64,000 nt of DNA. Origin: Octopus bimaculoides. Its lineage: Eukaryota. Below, one piece after another: positions 13,020-27,406 of the stretch; the first letter of the stretch is position 1, and every line of letters begins with the position of its first letter. The stretch lies in contig NC_069005.1 in NCBI RefSeq assembly GCF_001194135.2, positions 776,775-840,774 of the forward strand, given 5' to 3'. Made by a program: the position numbers and the translations under genes. The notes under the pieces were generated by a model. It did not search any database and had not been told where the DNA came from. It saw nothing but the letters and a program-made list of their open reading frames with translations.

Positions 13020-13350
13020 TTTCCCTATGGTGCATAGGCCATCAACCACTTTTCTCTGCAATTCTCAACTCTGTGCCATTCACTGAAAGGAGGTCTTCCT
13101 CTCCAAGCTCTTGAGGTTTTTGTATTGTCATTGATGCTTCTGTAATTTTGCATATTTCTAGCTAAGGGTGTTGGCCCTATGCAAACCCATTTTTACCTCT
13201 GGGAACAGGTGGTCCATATCTGTCTGGCCTCCATCCTTTTCACTTGTCCATCCTTTCACTTGTCCAAGCTCCTGCCAGGAGCTTGTGCTCTGTTGGCATA
13301 GCTCTCAGGGTCATCAAGGCATACAAGCCACCACATCACAATAAGGATTG
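13020..13350 (-). mobile_element. Degraded RTE/BovB-like LINE 5' region
   Basis: Reverse strand resembles the RTE 5' UTR pattern (ttgtgatgtggtggcttgtatgccttgatgaccctgagagctatgcc...gggccaacaccctt); recognised by eye only. Confidence 0.5.
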
Positions 13351-13807
13351 AACCATGTGATGGTACAGAACGAGTGTAAAGTTAAACAAAGATGGCTAGT
13401 GAAGCCTAATTATACAAAAGGTTTCAATAAGGATTTGCTGTTTTACCCAGCACCAGACATGGTAACAACCTACGTACAGTTTACCGTTTGGACACACCAA
13501 CCTCCACCCAAAATTATTCAGTAAATGATTCTCATTAAGAAAACCATTTCTCTCATGCATGTATGCCCATCTGTGTAAAAGAACATTGAAATGCTCAATG
13601 GTCCACATTTGCAATGGAAATGTGTAGAATCTATTTAATTCCACAATATGGTTTCATGAAAGTGTTCCAGCAGATATCTCCAATCCTCCATGAAGACAAA
13701 CCAAAGGTGATACTTCTGCTGCATGTTGTCGCTGATTTCTTTTTTGTTTTATTGTCTCAAGAAACAGGTGAAAAGAATTCTTTGATTTTATTGAGAGAGA
13801 AAAGATG

Positions 13808-13945
13808 GTGAGCTGACAGAACGATTAACATGCTGGACAAAATGCTTAGCAGCATTTCTTTATCTTTATGTTTTGAGTTCAAATTCTGCTGAGGTTAATT
13901 TTGCCTTTTATCCTTTCAGGGTTGATAAAATAAGTACCAGTTGAA
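13808..13945 (+). mobile_element. SINE family B copy
   Basis: ggtgagctgacagaacgattaacatgctggacaaaatgcttagc...gagttcaaattctgctgagg...gataaaataagtaccagtt. Confidence 0.8.
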
Positions 13946-15352
13946 CAAAATTTCAGGTTGTGTACTTATAGTGGAAAGAATTAGTAATAGGAGGAGGTAG
14001 AGGGGGATTTCATGAAGACTGCAGTTCCTTGCAACTTGTAAGATCAATGTGAACGAAATATTTCTTCTGTCGATGGATATCTGTCATTAAAACATGACCC
14101 GGAAAGGTCGGCTAGATGTTTGAGATTCTAAATCGGATGAGCTACTTTCAACATGTCAGTACGTTAATGGGCTAAGTTTCAATATGTATTCATTCAATTT
14201 CAATATATGTCTTGTCCAAAGGTAATTTTAGTCTGAAATACTATATCATTAACTAAAATTTAAAGTCAGCTGTCAAGAAAAGATGTTCAACTTAAAATAG
14301 ATGATGCCCTTTCGTTTCTGTCTGTTTTATTGAAGTCCTTACGAACCATTGCTACTTTCTATGCCAGTTTTATTGGAAGGGGGGTGGGGTGAAAATCTAT
14401 GAATAATGCAATGTTTTTATAGTAATTTAATGCTAATGTTGGAACGACGTGCATCTATCAGTGTAAACCACTGATAAAACTGTATGTGCATAAATAACTC
14501 GAGTAGAATGACACAAGTGAATTTATGGATAAGAGAAGGCTGTTGTATGGTGACTGACCTAATAAGGTCAGAAGTGTGACAATGTGGATGCAATTTTGCC
14601 TATTCAGAAAACAGTTTTGAGATTTCCAGAAAATTAACCCAAAATTACTATCTAAAATCAATGACCAGTAGATCAATAGCTAATCAATTCAATAAAGAAA
14701 TAGCAAAGAAAAGAATTTAAACTTATTTTTTGGAAAAGTCAATAAGCTTATATTATAAAAGAGAAGTAGATTTCCGTCTGTCTGTCTGTCGTGACATTTG
14801 ATAAAAGTAAGGAAAGAAGGAGAGGAATCAAAATATGTCATGACATATTTTTAGAAGAAAAGGAGGAGAAAAATACAGTGAGAGAGAGTATATGAAAGAG
14901 ACATAAATAGATAGATAGATAGATAGTGTTATCACCATAGTAACTAACAAGTTTTGATTAAAAATGCAGGAATTCTAAGTGTAAGTCTGTTAACACAATG
15001 CAATACGCTTCAAAAAAAGACTATATGTATATATATATATATATGCATAGTTATTTTTTGCTGTTGTTTTTTGTGTATGTGTGTGTGTGTGTGTGTTTCT
15101 ATGTCTTTCAACATAAAGACAATGCAATACAGACTTCAAAAAAAGACTTTCACTTTGAACAATTGTGCTGAAATTTCTTCAGACACCAAATTGTCTATTG
15201 GCTTTGGTGACAAGAGGAAGAGGGGGAAAGCTTGCACTTGCACCCCCCCCCCCCTATAGAGTGGAATGGTTGACCAATGCAAGAAGTAGGTTAAGAGACA
15301 CTTTAAATTTAAACTGATTTCTCAGTTGATAAAAAGGGATTTTTGTTCTTAC

Positions 15353-15612
15353 CCGCTAATTTTTGGATCACACACTTCATGTACGTTTATGGGCCGTCCC
15401 TGTTGATAGCCATAACACATACCATTGCTGAAGCAACAGTAAACCTCTGGAGCCATACCTTTGGAATGCAGCAGGTTCATGGATAAATACTCTAATTTGC
15501 GGTCAATAAGAAGCTCAGTGTTTTTGCCATAGAGGCGAACAAGGACCATGTCACTGCGTGAATCATTTTGGTAGCAACCCACCAATTGATTGGTAATCCC
15601 TTCACTGAAAAC
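15353..15612 (-). CDS. ETNK1: Ethanolamine kinase exon 2 (VFSEGITNQLVGC...VLVRLYGKNTELLIDR...PKISG)
   Basis: CAG acceptor and GG|GTAAGA donor. Contains the GITN and VRLYGKNTELLIDR choline/ethanolamine kinase motifs. Confidence 0.95.
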
Positions 15613-15692
15613 CTGCCAACACAACAAAAAAAAATAATATACTAAAAAACATACAATGCAATTCATAGATTAACATCACATGTGAGTGTCTG

Positions 15693-16052
15693 GTTAGAGA
15701 GTTTGCTTACCAACCACATGGTTCTGGGTTCGGTCCCACGGCATGGCAACTTGGGCAAATGTCTTGTACTACAGCTACAAGTTGACCAAAGCTCAGTGAG
15801 TGGATTTGGTTGATGGAAACTGAAAGAAGCCTGTTGTATATGTGTGTGTGTGTATTTGTGTTTCCTTGTCTTGACATTGCATGATTCTTGTAAACGAGTG
15901 TAATTAATTTCCAATCTTCCACAGAAACGTGTCTGGCCATGAAGAAAACATAAAGTGACAGGAAGGGGCATCCAGTCACAGAAAATCTGCCTGAGTAAGC
16001 TCCATCTAACCCATGCAAGCATGGAAAAGTGGATGTTAAAACAATGATGATG
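15693..16052 (+). mobile_element. SINE family A copy with an RTE-type 3' tail
   Basis: ccaaccacatggttctgggttcggtccca... followed by ggaaggggcatcca...aacccatgcaagcatggaaaagtggatgttaaaacaatgatgatga. Confidence 0.8.
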
Positions 16053-17138
16053 AAATGTCCAGCTAACATCAATCAGCAAGACCAAAGGTCAGCAAACCTT
16101 TTGGCAGTAGACTGAATTGGAAATGCTTTTATGTCAGGCCACAATGAAGAAACATGCAATAGCAGTTTTGTTTGGTTATTTATTTTTTAAAAACTTTTTA
16201 ACTGTCACCTGTTGTAATAAAAGAATCGATACAAATTTATTGACTTAAAAAAAAACTAATGTCATGTCTAACATGGCGAAGAGTTTATGGATCAGACGAA
16301 CGGTTTGCAGTGATTATGATGATATCAGCCAGTGTGGCTTCCTTCATAGACATATCAATATTTTCTGTCACCGTCTCCTTTCTTAGAATCGATTATGCAA
16401 TGCAAATCATATAACAACAACGTAAGAGACATACTTTGGGCTTTGTTGCTCTGTTTATTTAGGAAAGTGAATGCATTAACTACCTTTTAAAACAGGAGAA
16501 ACTAAAAAAAGTTTTAACCAAGTCAAGGAACCTCATGCTTATAAATTTTTTGGTTTTAGCATAAAACATTGATTTATTTATAGCCATTGCAAAAATAAAA
16601 CTTGTTTGAATTTGTTTTATTGTTCACCCTTTCCTCTTTATAATGTTTTGGGTGTCATTAAAGATCTGACTACAGGCAAAGCTTTAATGTGTCCCAGCCC
16701 AAGGAAGCAAGACATTTAAAGTATAGAAGATGCCTGATGGTGGATCTCCAGTTGGTTGCAGGTTTCTGAACAATTCGCAGGAGATTGATATGCTAAGTAA
16801 GGTAGGGGTTCCAGACTGCTGATGCAAACTCTAAATGTAAATAAACTATCACCATTTACAGCTTTAAATAAATATCTGGAAAGCAGTTGAGTGATGCTAT
16901 GACACCCTCAGCCTTTTGCATAATCTTAGAGATGTGGTTTGTACTACATAGATCACTCTTAACATTCACAAGATCACATTCACAAGATGTCATAAGATTG
17001 GTGTTGTTGAAGGAGTATGTAAAAGTAAGGTTTTCTCCCCAAAATGCTTGGTGCTGCACTTGTCCACAGCCAGCTTGAGTTGCCAATCAGTAATCAGTGA
17101 TGCATGCATTTATGCAGTAATACATGTATCTATGCATA

Positions 17139-17353
17139 CGAGGGGGTGGGGGCTGAAAAGTTCCTGGCTTTGGATAAAAGAAAATACAGGAGGATCAGTT
17201 AATTATGATTTTATTTAACATACCCCCCCACCTCACATTTACACACTTCTTGCAGCAAACCTTCAGTTTTTCTAAGCCCTGTAAAAGAACTCAAAAGATT
17301 GGGCATCCAACCAGGCCTTTTGCAACACCCAGGAACTTTTCAGAACTCCCTCA
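17139..17353. mobile_element. Mariner-type MITE
   Basis: Inverted ends cgaggg...gctgaaaagttcctgg and caggaacttttcagaactccctca; TA precedes the left end. Confidence 0.75.
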
Positions 17354-18245
17354 TCTAAGTATGCATACATCTATGCTTATATGTATGTATGCAAGTATAA
17401 ATACATGTGTATGCGTGTTAAGGCCTCCCAGAGAAATTTTGGACTGGTTTCTAGTCTTTTGATACCAACCGGTCTGAGATCACACCTACTTCTGTTATAC
17501 TGTTTTAAAGTAATTCAAATTTCATCTTCTCTTAAACTTCATACTGACTTATGTTCCAAACTGCAGCTTAAGAATGACAAAGATATTTTACTAAATAAAT
17601 TCTTCAACATTTTAAGAATTGAAACCAGGACAGAATATTTAACAGCTGCTGTTTAACTCCAGATCGCCAGCAATCGAAATGACATGATAGGTTGACAGTC
17701 AATGATGTTACATTAAACGTGTCACCACAAACATGTGCAACCAAGCATAAAATCATTAAAACATTCTACACACGCTAAGCCTATGAGGAAGCTTCTACAC
17801 AGTTAATAAATTTGCTAGAAATAGCAGTCGAATAACCTTCAAATCACACACTCTGCTATCTTTAAGAAACGCCATTCACATGAAAAATACAATTGACATT
17901 TAATGTAGCAGCATAAGAGCAATAATTATACAATTAAGAAATAAAGAAGGGCACTCGTTAAAATAAGTCGTTGATGACTTTTGATTTCGAGTGATTGCCT
18001 AATTATTTCTCAACATGTGACATTGAAACGTTCATTATGAATTGGGTCGTTTTGTGAAGTTTTTGTCATTGCTGCAGCCACGTCCCATTCAACTCCCAGA
18101 GGTCGTCAAAGGGCTGAAGTTCGCCATCGATAGCCGTAATTCCGTGTTTTGGGTTGCCTCTGAAACTTTTTGAGGATGAAACACCAGTGTTCCCCGGTGC
18201 GATGTGTAATAGAAGTGGGGGTGCAGATTTATTATTCTAACTACT

Positions 18246-18390
18246 TGGCGGCGAGCTGTCAGAATCGTTAGCGCGTCGGACAAAAAGGTTAAGCTGCATG
18301 TCTTCCGGCTCTTTACGTTCTGTTGTTCAAAAGCTGCTGAGGTCAGCTTTGCCTGTCATCTTCTCGGGGCTAATAAAATAAAATACCAGT
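18246..18390 (+). mobile_element. SINE family B copy
   Basis: ggcggcgagctgtcagaatcgttagcgcgtcggac...tacgttctg..gttcaaaa...aataaaataaataccagt. Confidence 0.75.
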
Positions 18391-20759
18391 AATCGCTAGG
18401 ATCAATCTGGCGGAGATTCGGATCAGGACACCCGCATAAGTTGGGTTTTGACGGGGCGGTTTCCAACAGCTAAAAATCTACCTTAAATCACACACCTTTT
18501 CATCTGAAAATATTTTCGCTTTTTATTTTATTTATATTTACCGAAAAAGCTTCTTCCATCCTTTTTATTAAGTACATAGTGCAAAAAAAAAAAAAATGGC
18601 CAAAATCAGTACATTATAAATTTTTAAAAATTGTTTTTCATAAAGAGTTTCCCCCATCCATTCGAGGGTCGGGGGTGAAGACAAAAATTGGGAAAACCTT
18701 CGTTAAAACGGAAGGAATCCAATTTATGTTGACGTCCTGATTCGAGACTCCGTCCAATTATTTTACCTATTCCATTATTTTTTTGCTCATTTTATGGTAA
18801 AGTTTACGAATATGTACAAAACAGAAGGAGTCCACATAGAAGCTACACGCTGGACTCCCAGAATGTCTACAAAAACAACAAAGTATGGTTTTTGATTGTT
18901 CATAAAACGGTAATTAAAATCTGTTCAATTAGCGGTATTAATCACATGTTCACTCGTTGATTCATAAATTTACTCTACACGTGTGGAATCCCAAAACATC
19001 TGCGAAAAATCTTAAGTTAGCTGTTTTCATGAATATACAATAAAACGGTAATTAACTCAGTTTAATTAACCATTGTAGTAGTTTATGTAAGACGGTGATT
19101 TATTCTTATAAACTAAATGGATGTAGCATGTCGTTACAATGTGATCCCTTTCGTTTTGTACCAAAAAAAGGGATACGTTATTCATGTTCCGATTTGACAA
19201 CTTTATCCCATACTTTATTACCATTCTTATTGTATATTTTCTTAAATCATGATAAATATCTACAATCCATTAAGAATAAAATTCTAGTGAGCTTTTTAAT
19301 GCTTCATGCATTACCATATGGTCATCTAATTAAAATTTGGTGAGGTTTATTCTGCCTTCCAGTTAGTTTAGAATAGAAAAGAAAACGAGAGAAAAACCTC
19401 TACATATTTTATAAAGAAGAATATACTCTTAGCGATTGTTTTTCATGGAGATGGTGTCCCTGAGTAAATTATTTTAATCTCTTAGGCTAAACGCCGCGAA
19501 TGAGATTTAGTGACAATCATGCCTTTCTCAACAACAGTGAAGACTTGCTGAAGAAGCAGATATTCAACGAGGGCGAGAAAACATGTAATAAATCGTAGAA
19601 ATGTACAAGAAATAGCAGGTCAATGACCCTCATGTAAAGGAGGGATACATTACATAGTGACATCCTAGTGNNNNNNNNNNNNNNNNNNNNNNNNNNNNNN
19701 NNNNNNNNNNNNNNNNNNNNNNNNNNNNNNNNNNNNNNNNNNNNNNNNNNNNNNNNNNNNNNNNNNNNNNNNNNNNNNNNNNNNNNNNNNNNNNNNNNNN
19801 NNNNNNNNNNNNNNNNNNNNNNNNNNNNNNNNNNNNNNNNNNNNNNNNNNNNNNNNNNNNNNNNNNNNNNNNNNNNNNNNNNNNNNNNNNNNNNNNNNNN
19901 NNNNNNNNNNNNNNNNNNNNNNNNNNNNNNNNNNNNNNNNNNNNNNNNNNNNNNNNNNNNNNNNNNNNNNNNNNNNNNNNNNNNNNNNNNNNNNNNNNNN
20001 NNNNNNNNNNNNNNNNNNNNNNNNNNNNNNNNNNNNNNNNNNNNNNNNNNNNNNNNNNNNNNNNNNNNNNNNNNNNNNNNNNNNNNNNNNNNNNNNNNNN
20101 NNNNNNNNNNNNNNNNNNNNNNNNNNNNNNNNNNNNNNNNNNNNNNNNNNNNNNNNNNNNNNNNNNNNNNNNNNNNNNNNNNNNNNNNNNNNNNNNNNNN
20201 NNNNNNNNNNNNNNNNNNNNNNNNNNNNNNNNNNNNNNNNNNNNNNNNNNNNNNNNNNNNNNNNNNNNNNNNNNNNNNNNNNNNNNNNNNNAAAAAAAAA
20301 AAAAAAAAAAAGAAACAACCAAATCAGACGTGTTTTTTGTTGGTTGAGATTTAATTTCTTATACTGAATGTTAGATGTTTCGTGTGTTAATCGTGAAAAG
20401 AAAAAAATTATTTACTTGAAATTATGAAAAGATGGCGAAGGGCAGAGATGGTGCTTGTGATGAAGATGTTGAGACATAAATTAGAGTATAGTGCCCGGTT
20501 CATACTGAAAAAAATAGCAGATCGAGTTGCTGGAAGACTAGAAAACAAGGGTTATTGAGTCGAACAGAGAGTGACAGGTGCCAAATCTCCCACAGGTCGT
20601 TCATCCTCCACCTTAAAAGAAGGATACATTTAATAACATAGGTTCAAGTATGTGCACCGTTAGCTAGAAATAAAAATAAAAAAAGAAGAGAACGTTTTAG
20701 ATCGTATATCTTCTGATTAATCGGGGCTGACCCGGCTTAAAACAACAACAACGAAATGT

Positions 20760-21100
20760 TATAACATTATTTTATGAGCGACTTACTTTGAAGAGTATCG
20801 AATCCTGCTGCCAGGACGGCCGCACCAGTTTTAGAATATCGTAAATACCATCTTTGTAATCGTTTGGGTTGATTGATATCGGCACGACGGCCCGCGGCGA
20901 CATTTCTGATGTCGAAGATATATCAACACCTATTTCTCGATGTGACCCAGCTTGTTCTGTGATGTGTTGTCACGATAGACGACGACGGGTTTTATGTTGC
21001 TGACGGTTTAACATTTACTCGACAAATAGACAGACACACGAGAGGCAGGCAGTGATAAGAAACCTCGAATTACATTGATACTCGGCACCCAAGTACTTGC
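20760..21100 (-). promoter_or_regulatory. CpG-rich 5' region around ETNK exon 1
   Basis: Visibly CpG-dense relative to the CpG-poor gene body and surrounds the start codon. The TSS was not determined. Confidence 0.45.
20787..20903 (-). CDS. ETNK1: Ethanolamine kinase exon 1 of 8 (MSPRAVVPISINPNDYKDGIYDILKLVRPSWQQDSILFK)
   Basis: First ATG after an in-frame TGA. The RPSW motif is typical of the ETNK N-terminus. Donor AAA|GTAAGT, phase 0, joins exon 2. Confidence 0.85.
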
Positions 21101-21609
21101 ACACTTAAAATACTTGGTGTTAGAAACTTCGAACATCAAAACAAGTGTTTGTTTATTTCTTTTTAATTACAAAGCTCAGCGCATACAAGTAACAACTAAC
21201 AGAATGTGACAAGAGGCGAATATTTATATATATATATACACATCTATATATGAAAGTACGCCCATGTCAGAGGCGTAACTAGAGAAAAAACCAGTGTTGC
21301 GGATTTTAACTCTAGTCCGTCAGGCTGTGATGCTAAGCTCCTCGGTACAGTATAAACACACACACACACACACACACATATGTGTGTGTGTGTGTGTTTC
21401 GGATATTGTAATAATGTTTCTAATGGAAATTATAATAATCCTCGCTACTATAGACACAGAGGCTGAAATTTTGAGAAGTCTAATCGATTAGATCGGCCTC
21501 AGTGTTCGACCGGTTCTTATTTTATCGACTCCAGAAAGGATGAAAGGCGAAGTCGGTCAGGGAGGAATTTGAAAGCATGCACTAATACCGCTTTATTTCA
21601 TTATTTTGT

Positions 21610-21770
21610 GGCAGTGTAGTAAGAAGCTTGCTTCCCAACCACATGGTTCCGGGTTCAGTCCCACTGCGTGGCACCTTGGGCAAATGTCTTCTACTATAGC
21701 CTCGGGCCGACCGAAGCCTTGTCAGTGGATTTGGTAGACGGAAACTGAGAGAAGCCCGTCGTATATACAC
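21610..21770 (+). mobile_element. SINE family A copy
   Basis: cttcccaaccacatggttccgggttcagtcccactgcgtggcaccttgggcaa...ggaaactgagagaagcccgtcgtata. Confidence 0.85.
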
Positions 21771-21871
21771 AAACATGACAGAAGTAAATAGACACCCTTA
21801 TAATCATTAAAATTTCTTTAAATCTGAAATTATACGTTCAAATTATTTATCAATTGTTATAATGTAAATAT

Positions 21872-22400
21872 CTAATATTTAGTAGACATGCCCCTTCCAT
21901 TTTTCAATGCAAGGACCCTATTAGGCATGTCACTCATCAGGTGACGAATATTCTCTTGAGGAATTTCTTGCCAAGTTTCTTAAAAGATCTGGCTTTGAAA
22001 ATGCTTTCTTGTTCTTTTTAAAAAGTGTCCCGTCCATTATGTCCCAGAAGTGTTCAATAGGGTTCATATCTGGTGACTGGCTTGACCATGGAAGCTTTTT
22101 AATACCATTCTCAGCCAAAAAAATCTTGGGTCATTTTAGCCGTGTGACAAGGAGTCCCATGTTCCATAAATAAAGAGTCTTCTTTAATCATTTCACCACC
22201 GGAGAAGATTGGAAGAAATCCTTTCTGCAATATGAACACATATTTATCTGAGTTTATGTTTCCCTCACACTCCACCAGTTCTAATCAACCATTGCTCTAA
22301 ATTCCTCCCCAGACCATCACAGAATGGATTTCACATCCATAACAAAAACTGCGAGCCAAAAATACCATTTCTACACAAATTAATGTCCTGCGTTGCATCC
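21872..22400 (-). mobile_element. Tc1-like transposase remnant (disrupted)
   Basis: MVWGGI...NSDKYVFILQ...FMEHGTPCHTAK / LPWSSQSPDMNPIEHFWDIM / MPNRVLAL...TKY*, with stops and frameshifts. Confidence 0.88.
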
Positions 22401-25400
22401 ATAAAAAAGCCATCCGGCTGATTAGCAATAATCCACTCACACACATCAACTGTCGTCTCCTCCATCACAGACTACTCCATATGTCTCTCTCTCTTTCTCT
22501 GTAATCATTCTTTTTAAATTTCCCACCACATAATTACGTTAAACACCATTCCAACTTATTTCTCCCCACATCACTTCTCTCAAATGCCTTTCCCACCAAC
22601 ATCTTTCTCATACACTTGTAGATATTTAAACTAGATAACAACCTTCTGAACAACAGACCTGAAAAGGTCACCACACAGCTTCAGCTTCCGATAGAGTAAA
22701 AAAAAAAAGAATTTAAATTAAATAAAGCCATTTAATTAGTAATTGACTATAAATTTGTTTTTATAAAATTATTCAGTAAAAAAATAATTTTTTTATTAAC
22801 ATTGTTATATAATAACCCTTACGAATGAAGAATAACACCCACCTCAATCAGTGTCAAGTTAAAATGAAACCACCCCTTCTTATATCATAATAATAATAAT
22901 AACTACACTGTGGGTTTATTAACATTTTTAATGTTAAACCTTTCTTTTGTTGAAGCTTTTCTGGGCTTTCGATATTTCAAATTGAATAACATTTTGAAGA
23001 TTATAATTTTTTTGGCCATGACTTTTAAATTTCATTAAATTGAACATTTTTGGAATTTGAGGCTGACACAAAATAAAGTTTCTGATTTTACATGAAATCC
23101 TGTCTGACAATCTAGTTTACTGGTTCAACTTCTAATAACTATTCGTGGTTCTCTTTTGCAAGAATCTCTTGTATTACCAATTGCAAGGATTGTTTCAATT
23201 AACGAAGAATGTCGAAGAGTTTCACAGGAATGCCAACAGCAATATAGAAAGCATTGGGATAAGAAAAAAAACAACAGCCTTGAACAGTTAAGTTTATCAA
23301 GACGATTAGTAGACAAAAACTCCCTCTAAGTTGATTAAAATCTTAAAAAGAAATAGAGAAAACGTCAAAGATACTCCAGAACGATAGGATTTTTTCGAAA
23401 ATACAAACAATGCAGATGAGAATGTGTCTGGGTTTTAAAAACCAATTATTAAAAGCCATGGATATGGTTCTATCTTATTACCTTTTCCACGAAGTATCTG
23501 GGTTGGCAAAACTTGAGATAATGTATGTAGTATATATATAATTAGAGGATATGTTAACTTCGTGAAGGGATGGTTGCATCCAAGGAAATACTGGTTCAAT
23601 ACCTAGTGTTTTGGGGGAATGAAATTCCCTTAAAACAATAGATATATATATACAAACATATAGTTTATATCCAGTTAAATGGAGGTAAGGAAGTTAACAA
23701 TTATTATTAGCAAATTGGTTATCTTCACTTCTTAAAGCCGTTTCAATTAATACTCAATAATTTAATTACAAATTAAATTACATTAAATTTACATTTATGA
23801 GACATGAGTATAATTTCATTAGAGAGAAAAAAAGCTGTACCTTTGGATGTTATGTGTGGGTCCATCAATTCATTTCAACAGACTCATCTCAGGTCCGCAT
23901 ACAACATCCAAAGGTACATCTTTTTTTTTTCTCTAATGAAATTATACTAATGTCACATAAATGCAAACTTAATGTAATTTAATTTGTAATTAAATTATTG
24001 AGTATTAATTGAAACGGATTTAAGAAGCGAAGCTGACCAATTTGTTAATAATAAATAATTGTTAACTTGCTTGTCTACACACACGCGCGAAAGAGAGAGA
24101 GAAAGTCTCATAGCAAATATTATGAGTTGAAACTTTTAATCGCGACGACGCTCCTTTCCATTAGAAGAGTAGAACTTCCTTTGGGATTGCCCAACATCGA
24201 AATAGCAATTGGCTTTAAGCTAGATCCACTTATTACTGTTGGCTCAAAATCGCAGAGCTACACTTAGTATTTTAACGACAAATTATTTCAGACAACTTTT
24301 GACTGCTACACAAAAAATAACCAACAATCTAAGCTCACTTGGTAGCTATCGATTTCACATTAGTTTTAAATTGTCCTAAAAGCCGAAGGTAACATGCAGT
24401 AAGACCGATTTCTCAGCCGATCGCCAAAATGGTTATGATTCGGCCACATTTACTGATTGCATCTCCAGTCTGGAAACTCCTTCGTGCTCACTATGTACTG
24501 GAAGCTGTCTAAATACCTGACACCAGATAAATACCTTCTCTCAGTCATTTACTATATCTTAAAAGGTTTTGTTTCTTTCGGCATTGATACACCAAAGTTC
24601 CAATGTCTAGCAGATGACTCGATAGAATCCCACAAGATTATTCGACATTTCTCTAACAACTTTGGCCTCCTTTTTTAATTCAACCACTTGTAGAAACGTT
24701 TATAAAATGAAATAAAAAAACAGCGCAGCACCCAAGGTTTTCAGAAACATTTTATTTTTCATGCATAGAATTGTTGAAGCACGAAATAAAACAACTTTTG
24801 TCAGTTATTAGTTGTCCAAACATCCTTCAACGATTCCATGCTTTCCGAAATCCACCAACACAACCCTTGACGTACCTCTTCCACCTTTTTTCTCTTTATG
24901 GTGGCTTTTACTAATCCTCTGTTTTCATGTATTTTATTCAGGGTACAATGTTTCTCGCTTTCGATGCTTTCTTTCTTTACTTGACTTAGTTCGACTTTCT
25001 TTTACCCATTTCCGATGAATTCTATTTGAATGCTGTATACGACAAAAATGGGCAAACTTTTTCATGAATCGGGTCACATGAGACCGGTGGGCCACATTCC
25101 AAAAATATTTCAAGCTAATTTTTTTTTATCAGGCCTGTTACTCAGAGAGTCCCACGGGCTGCAGTGTATCCATAGTCGATATACAATAAGCTCGCTGTTT
25201 AGAGGATTGTGGTTTGAATATAAAAACTGTCGTTGTTTAGCCCCGGGTCTACTTTGATTGCGCAGACTTAGGATCAAAGATGTGTTCATCTGTGACCATC
25301 CATATTTCTCTTTATATCAGATATTACATTATCCAATGTTAGTTATTTTGAAAGATAGCTTGGTGTGATTTCAGTTGAATTGGCGCGCGCGTGTCAATGT

Positions 25401-27406
25401 GTGTGTATTATATCAAACACGACTGTGTTTAGTCTAATCTCTTTGATTAAAATTTTTTTTCCGTTTTCTTATTTGTTAATGTTAACTTTGGCCAAGTTTA
25501 TTAAAGCTTCTTGATTTTCTCAGTCTCACCTTCAGGGCAATTATCATGTTTTTCTTACATTTCGTTATTCATTTTGCACACTTGGAGAGTTTTTTTTTTC
25601 TTTTGAAGTTCATAAGAGCATAGCTGCTCATTCCATTTACCAATTTCTGAACACACCAGCTCCAATAGGTTTTATGACGTGGGTCACAGAGATCTCAAAC
25701 AGCAAATGTCATGATGCAATCCAACTGAAAGCATTCAATCAAGGAAATTCCATACACAGCCTCCTCCTCCTCATCATTGTTGTTATCGTCATCCTCTTTA
25801 TTCTCATCATCATAATCATCGTCTTCATAGTTGTTATCTGTTGTCAACATTGTTATCTGAGTATTTTGTCTTCACAGTGTCCCCATTCAACACAGATGAC
25901 CTTAAACAAGTCTTTATAAACTTTACTTAATTTCTCTCTCTCTCTCTCTTTCTCTCATGGCCACAGTTCATAGATTTTGCATGTATTAATACAACTGCCA
26001 CAACTAGCATGGTTTATTATCTAATTTATTATGGTTGATGAAGTATTTATAAGGAGCTTGATACTTTCAGCACAACTGGTTCCATCAAGGCTAGACAGTG
26101 CAACATTTGGTTCAGCGAAGATCACTATGTCCTTCAATGTTTTCTTGTTTCTTTATCTTCAAATCCTTAACATGCTTATCCCAGAAGATTTTTATCTGAA
26201 AACGTCTTTTTTGTTATCTAAAAGTTCTTCTGTTGTTATTTGAAACTTTGAAGCTTCAAATCCCTTGATAACAAATCAACAGACATGTCAAGTATTAACG
26301 AAGCATAATTAAATTATTTCAGGGCAACTCATGATTTTGACCCCTCATCAATGCAATCATTCAAACAACCCTTTTCTTTTTTTTTACTTCATTTTTTACA
26401 ACTTTTAAAAAATAGAATCAACATCAAATTCTGTTTGTTACACATGGTGACAGCGCTAAGCAGTGCCAAACCTTTTGGAGAAAGTTTCATGAGTTGTTTA
26501 ATAATAATAACAATGGTTTCAAATTTAACCTTGGCAGCATTTGAAGCCAGAATACAAAGAGCCTGAAGAAATGCTATTAGGCATTTTGTCTGGCACAATA
26601 ACGGTTCTGCCAGCTTGGCATCTTAATTCTTCCAGGAGCGGGGTTTGCTCAATTACATTGGCCCCCAATGCTAAACTGGTACTTCTTTCATTGAACCCAA
26701 AAGGAATAAAGCAATGTTCCCTTAGCAACACTTAACCTGACATGCTGACAATTCTGCCTTCAATAATGATCATCAATAACAGCAACATTAACAACAGTAA
26801 TAATTGTATTATTAAAGAATAACTAACAAAACCACAATTTTATAATATAAAATTTTATTCAAATAAAGTCAACAAAACCACATTTTGTTTATTATTTCAT
26901 TTAACATAACAGATACATAATCTCTAGTCACATCATTTTCCATATATTTATATATATTTCTCTTTGCACAAGCAGTCTTCTTATTGTTTTCTTTTCACAC
27001 ATGCAAACCTTTCTAACATAATTCTAAAGCAGGAACAAAAATGTAGCCCTGTTCAGCAACACTGAATTTCAAATATCCCCTATTTTAAAGAAGGAAACAA
27101 TACAAAACAAAGCAGCGTATTATATGAGCAGATTCCATCTTCAAAGATCCACTGAATCAATTAAACAAGCTGAGATTTGCCAAAGCATGGGAGACCTACT
27201 TTTCGAATATGGCTAAATCTACATTAGAGTCTTGATCTTCTGGAAGAAATAGTTCAGTCCTGGACCACTATTTAATCATTACAAGATTGAAATATAATCT
27301 GGTACAAAATATTGATTACATTCTCATCTCTAAACTGGCATTGTTTCTTCAAACATCTTATTTATAATCACTGAACCAAATCTATTTCAACATACATCAT
27401 AACACC

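Noticed and set aside
24470-24560. Minus-strand peptide VRYLDSFQYIVS, faintly like the Polinton/Maverick DNA polymerase B RFIDSF motif
   Set aside because: A single short motif among stops, with no other pPolB motifs nearby; likely chance. A TBLASTN search would settle it.
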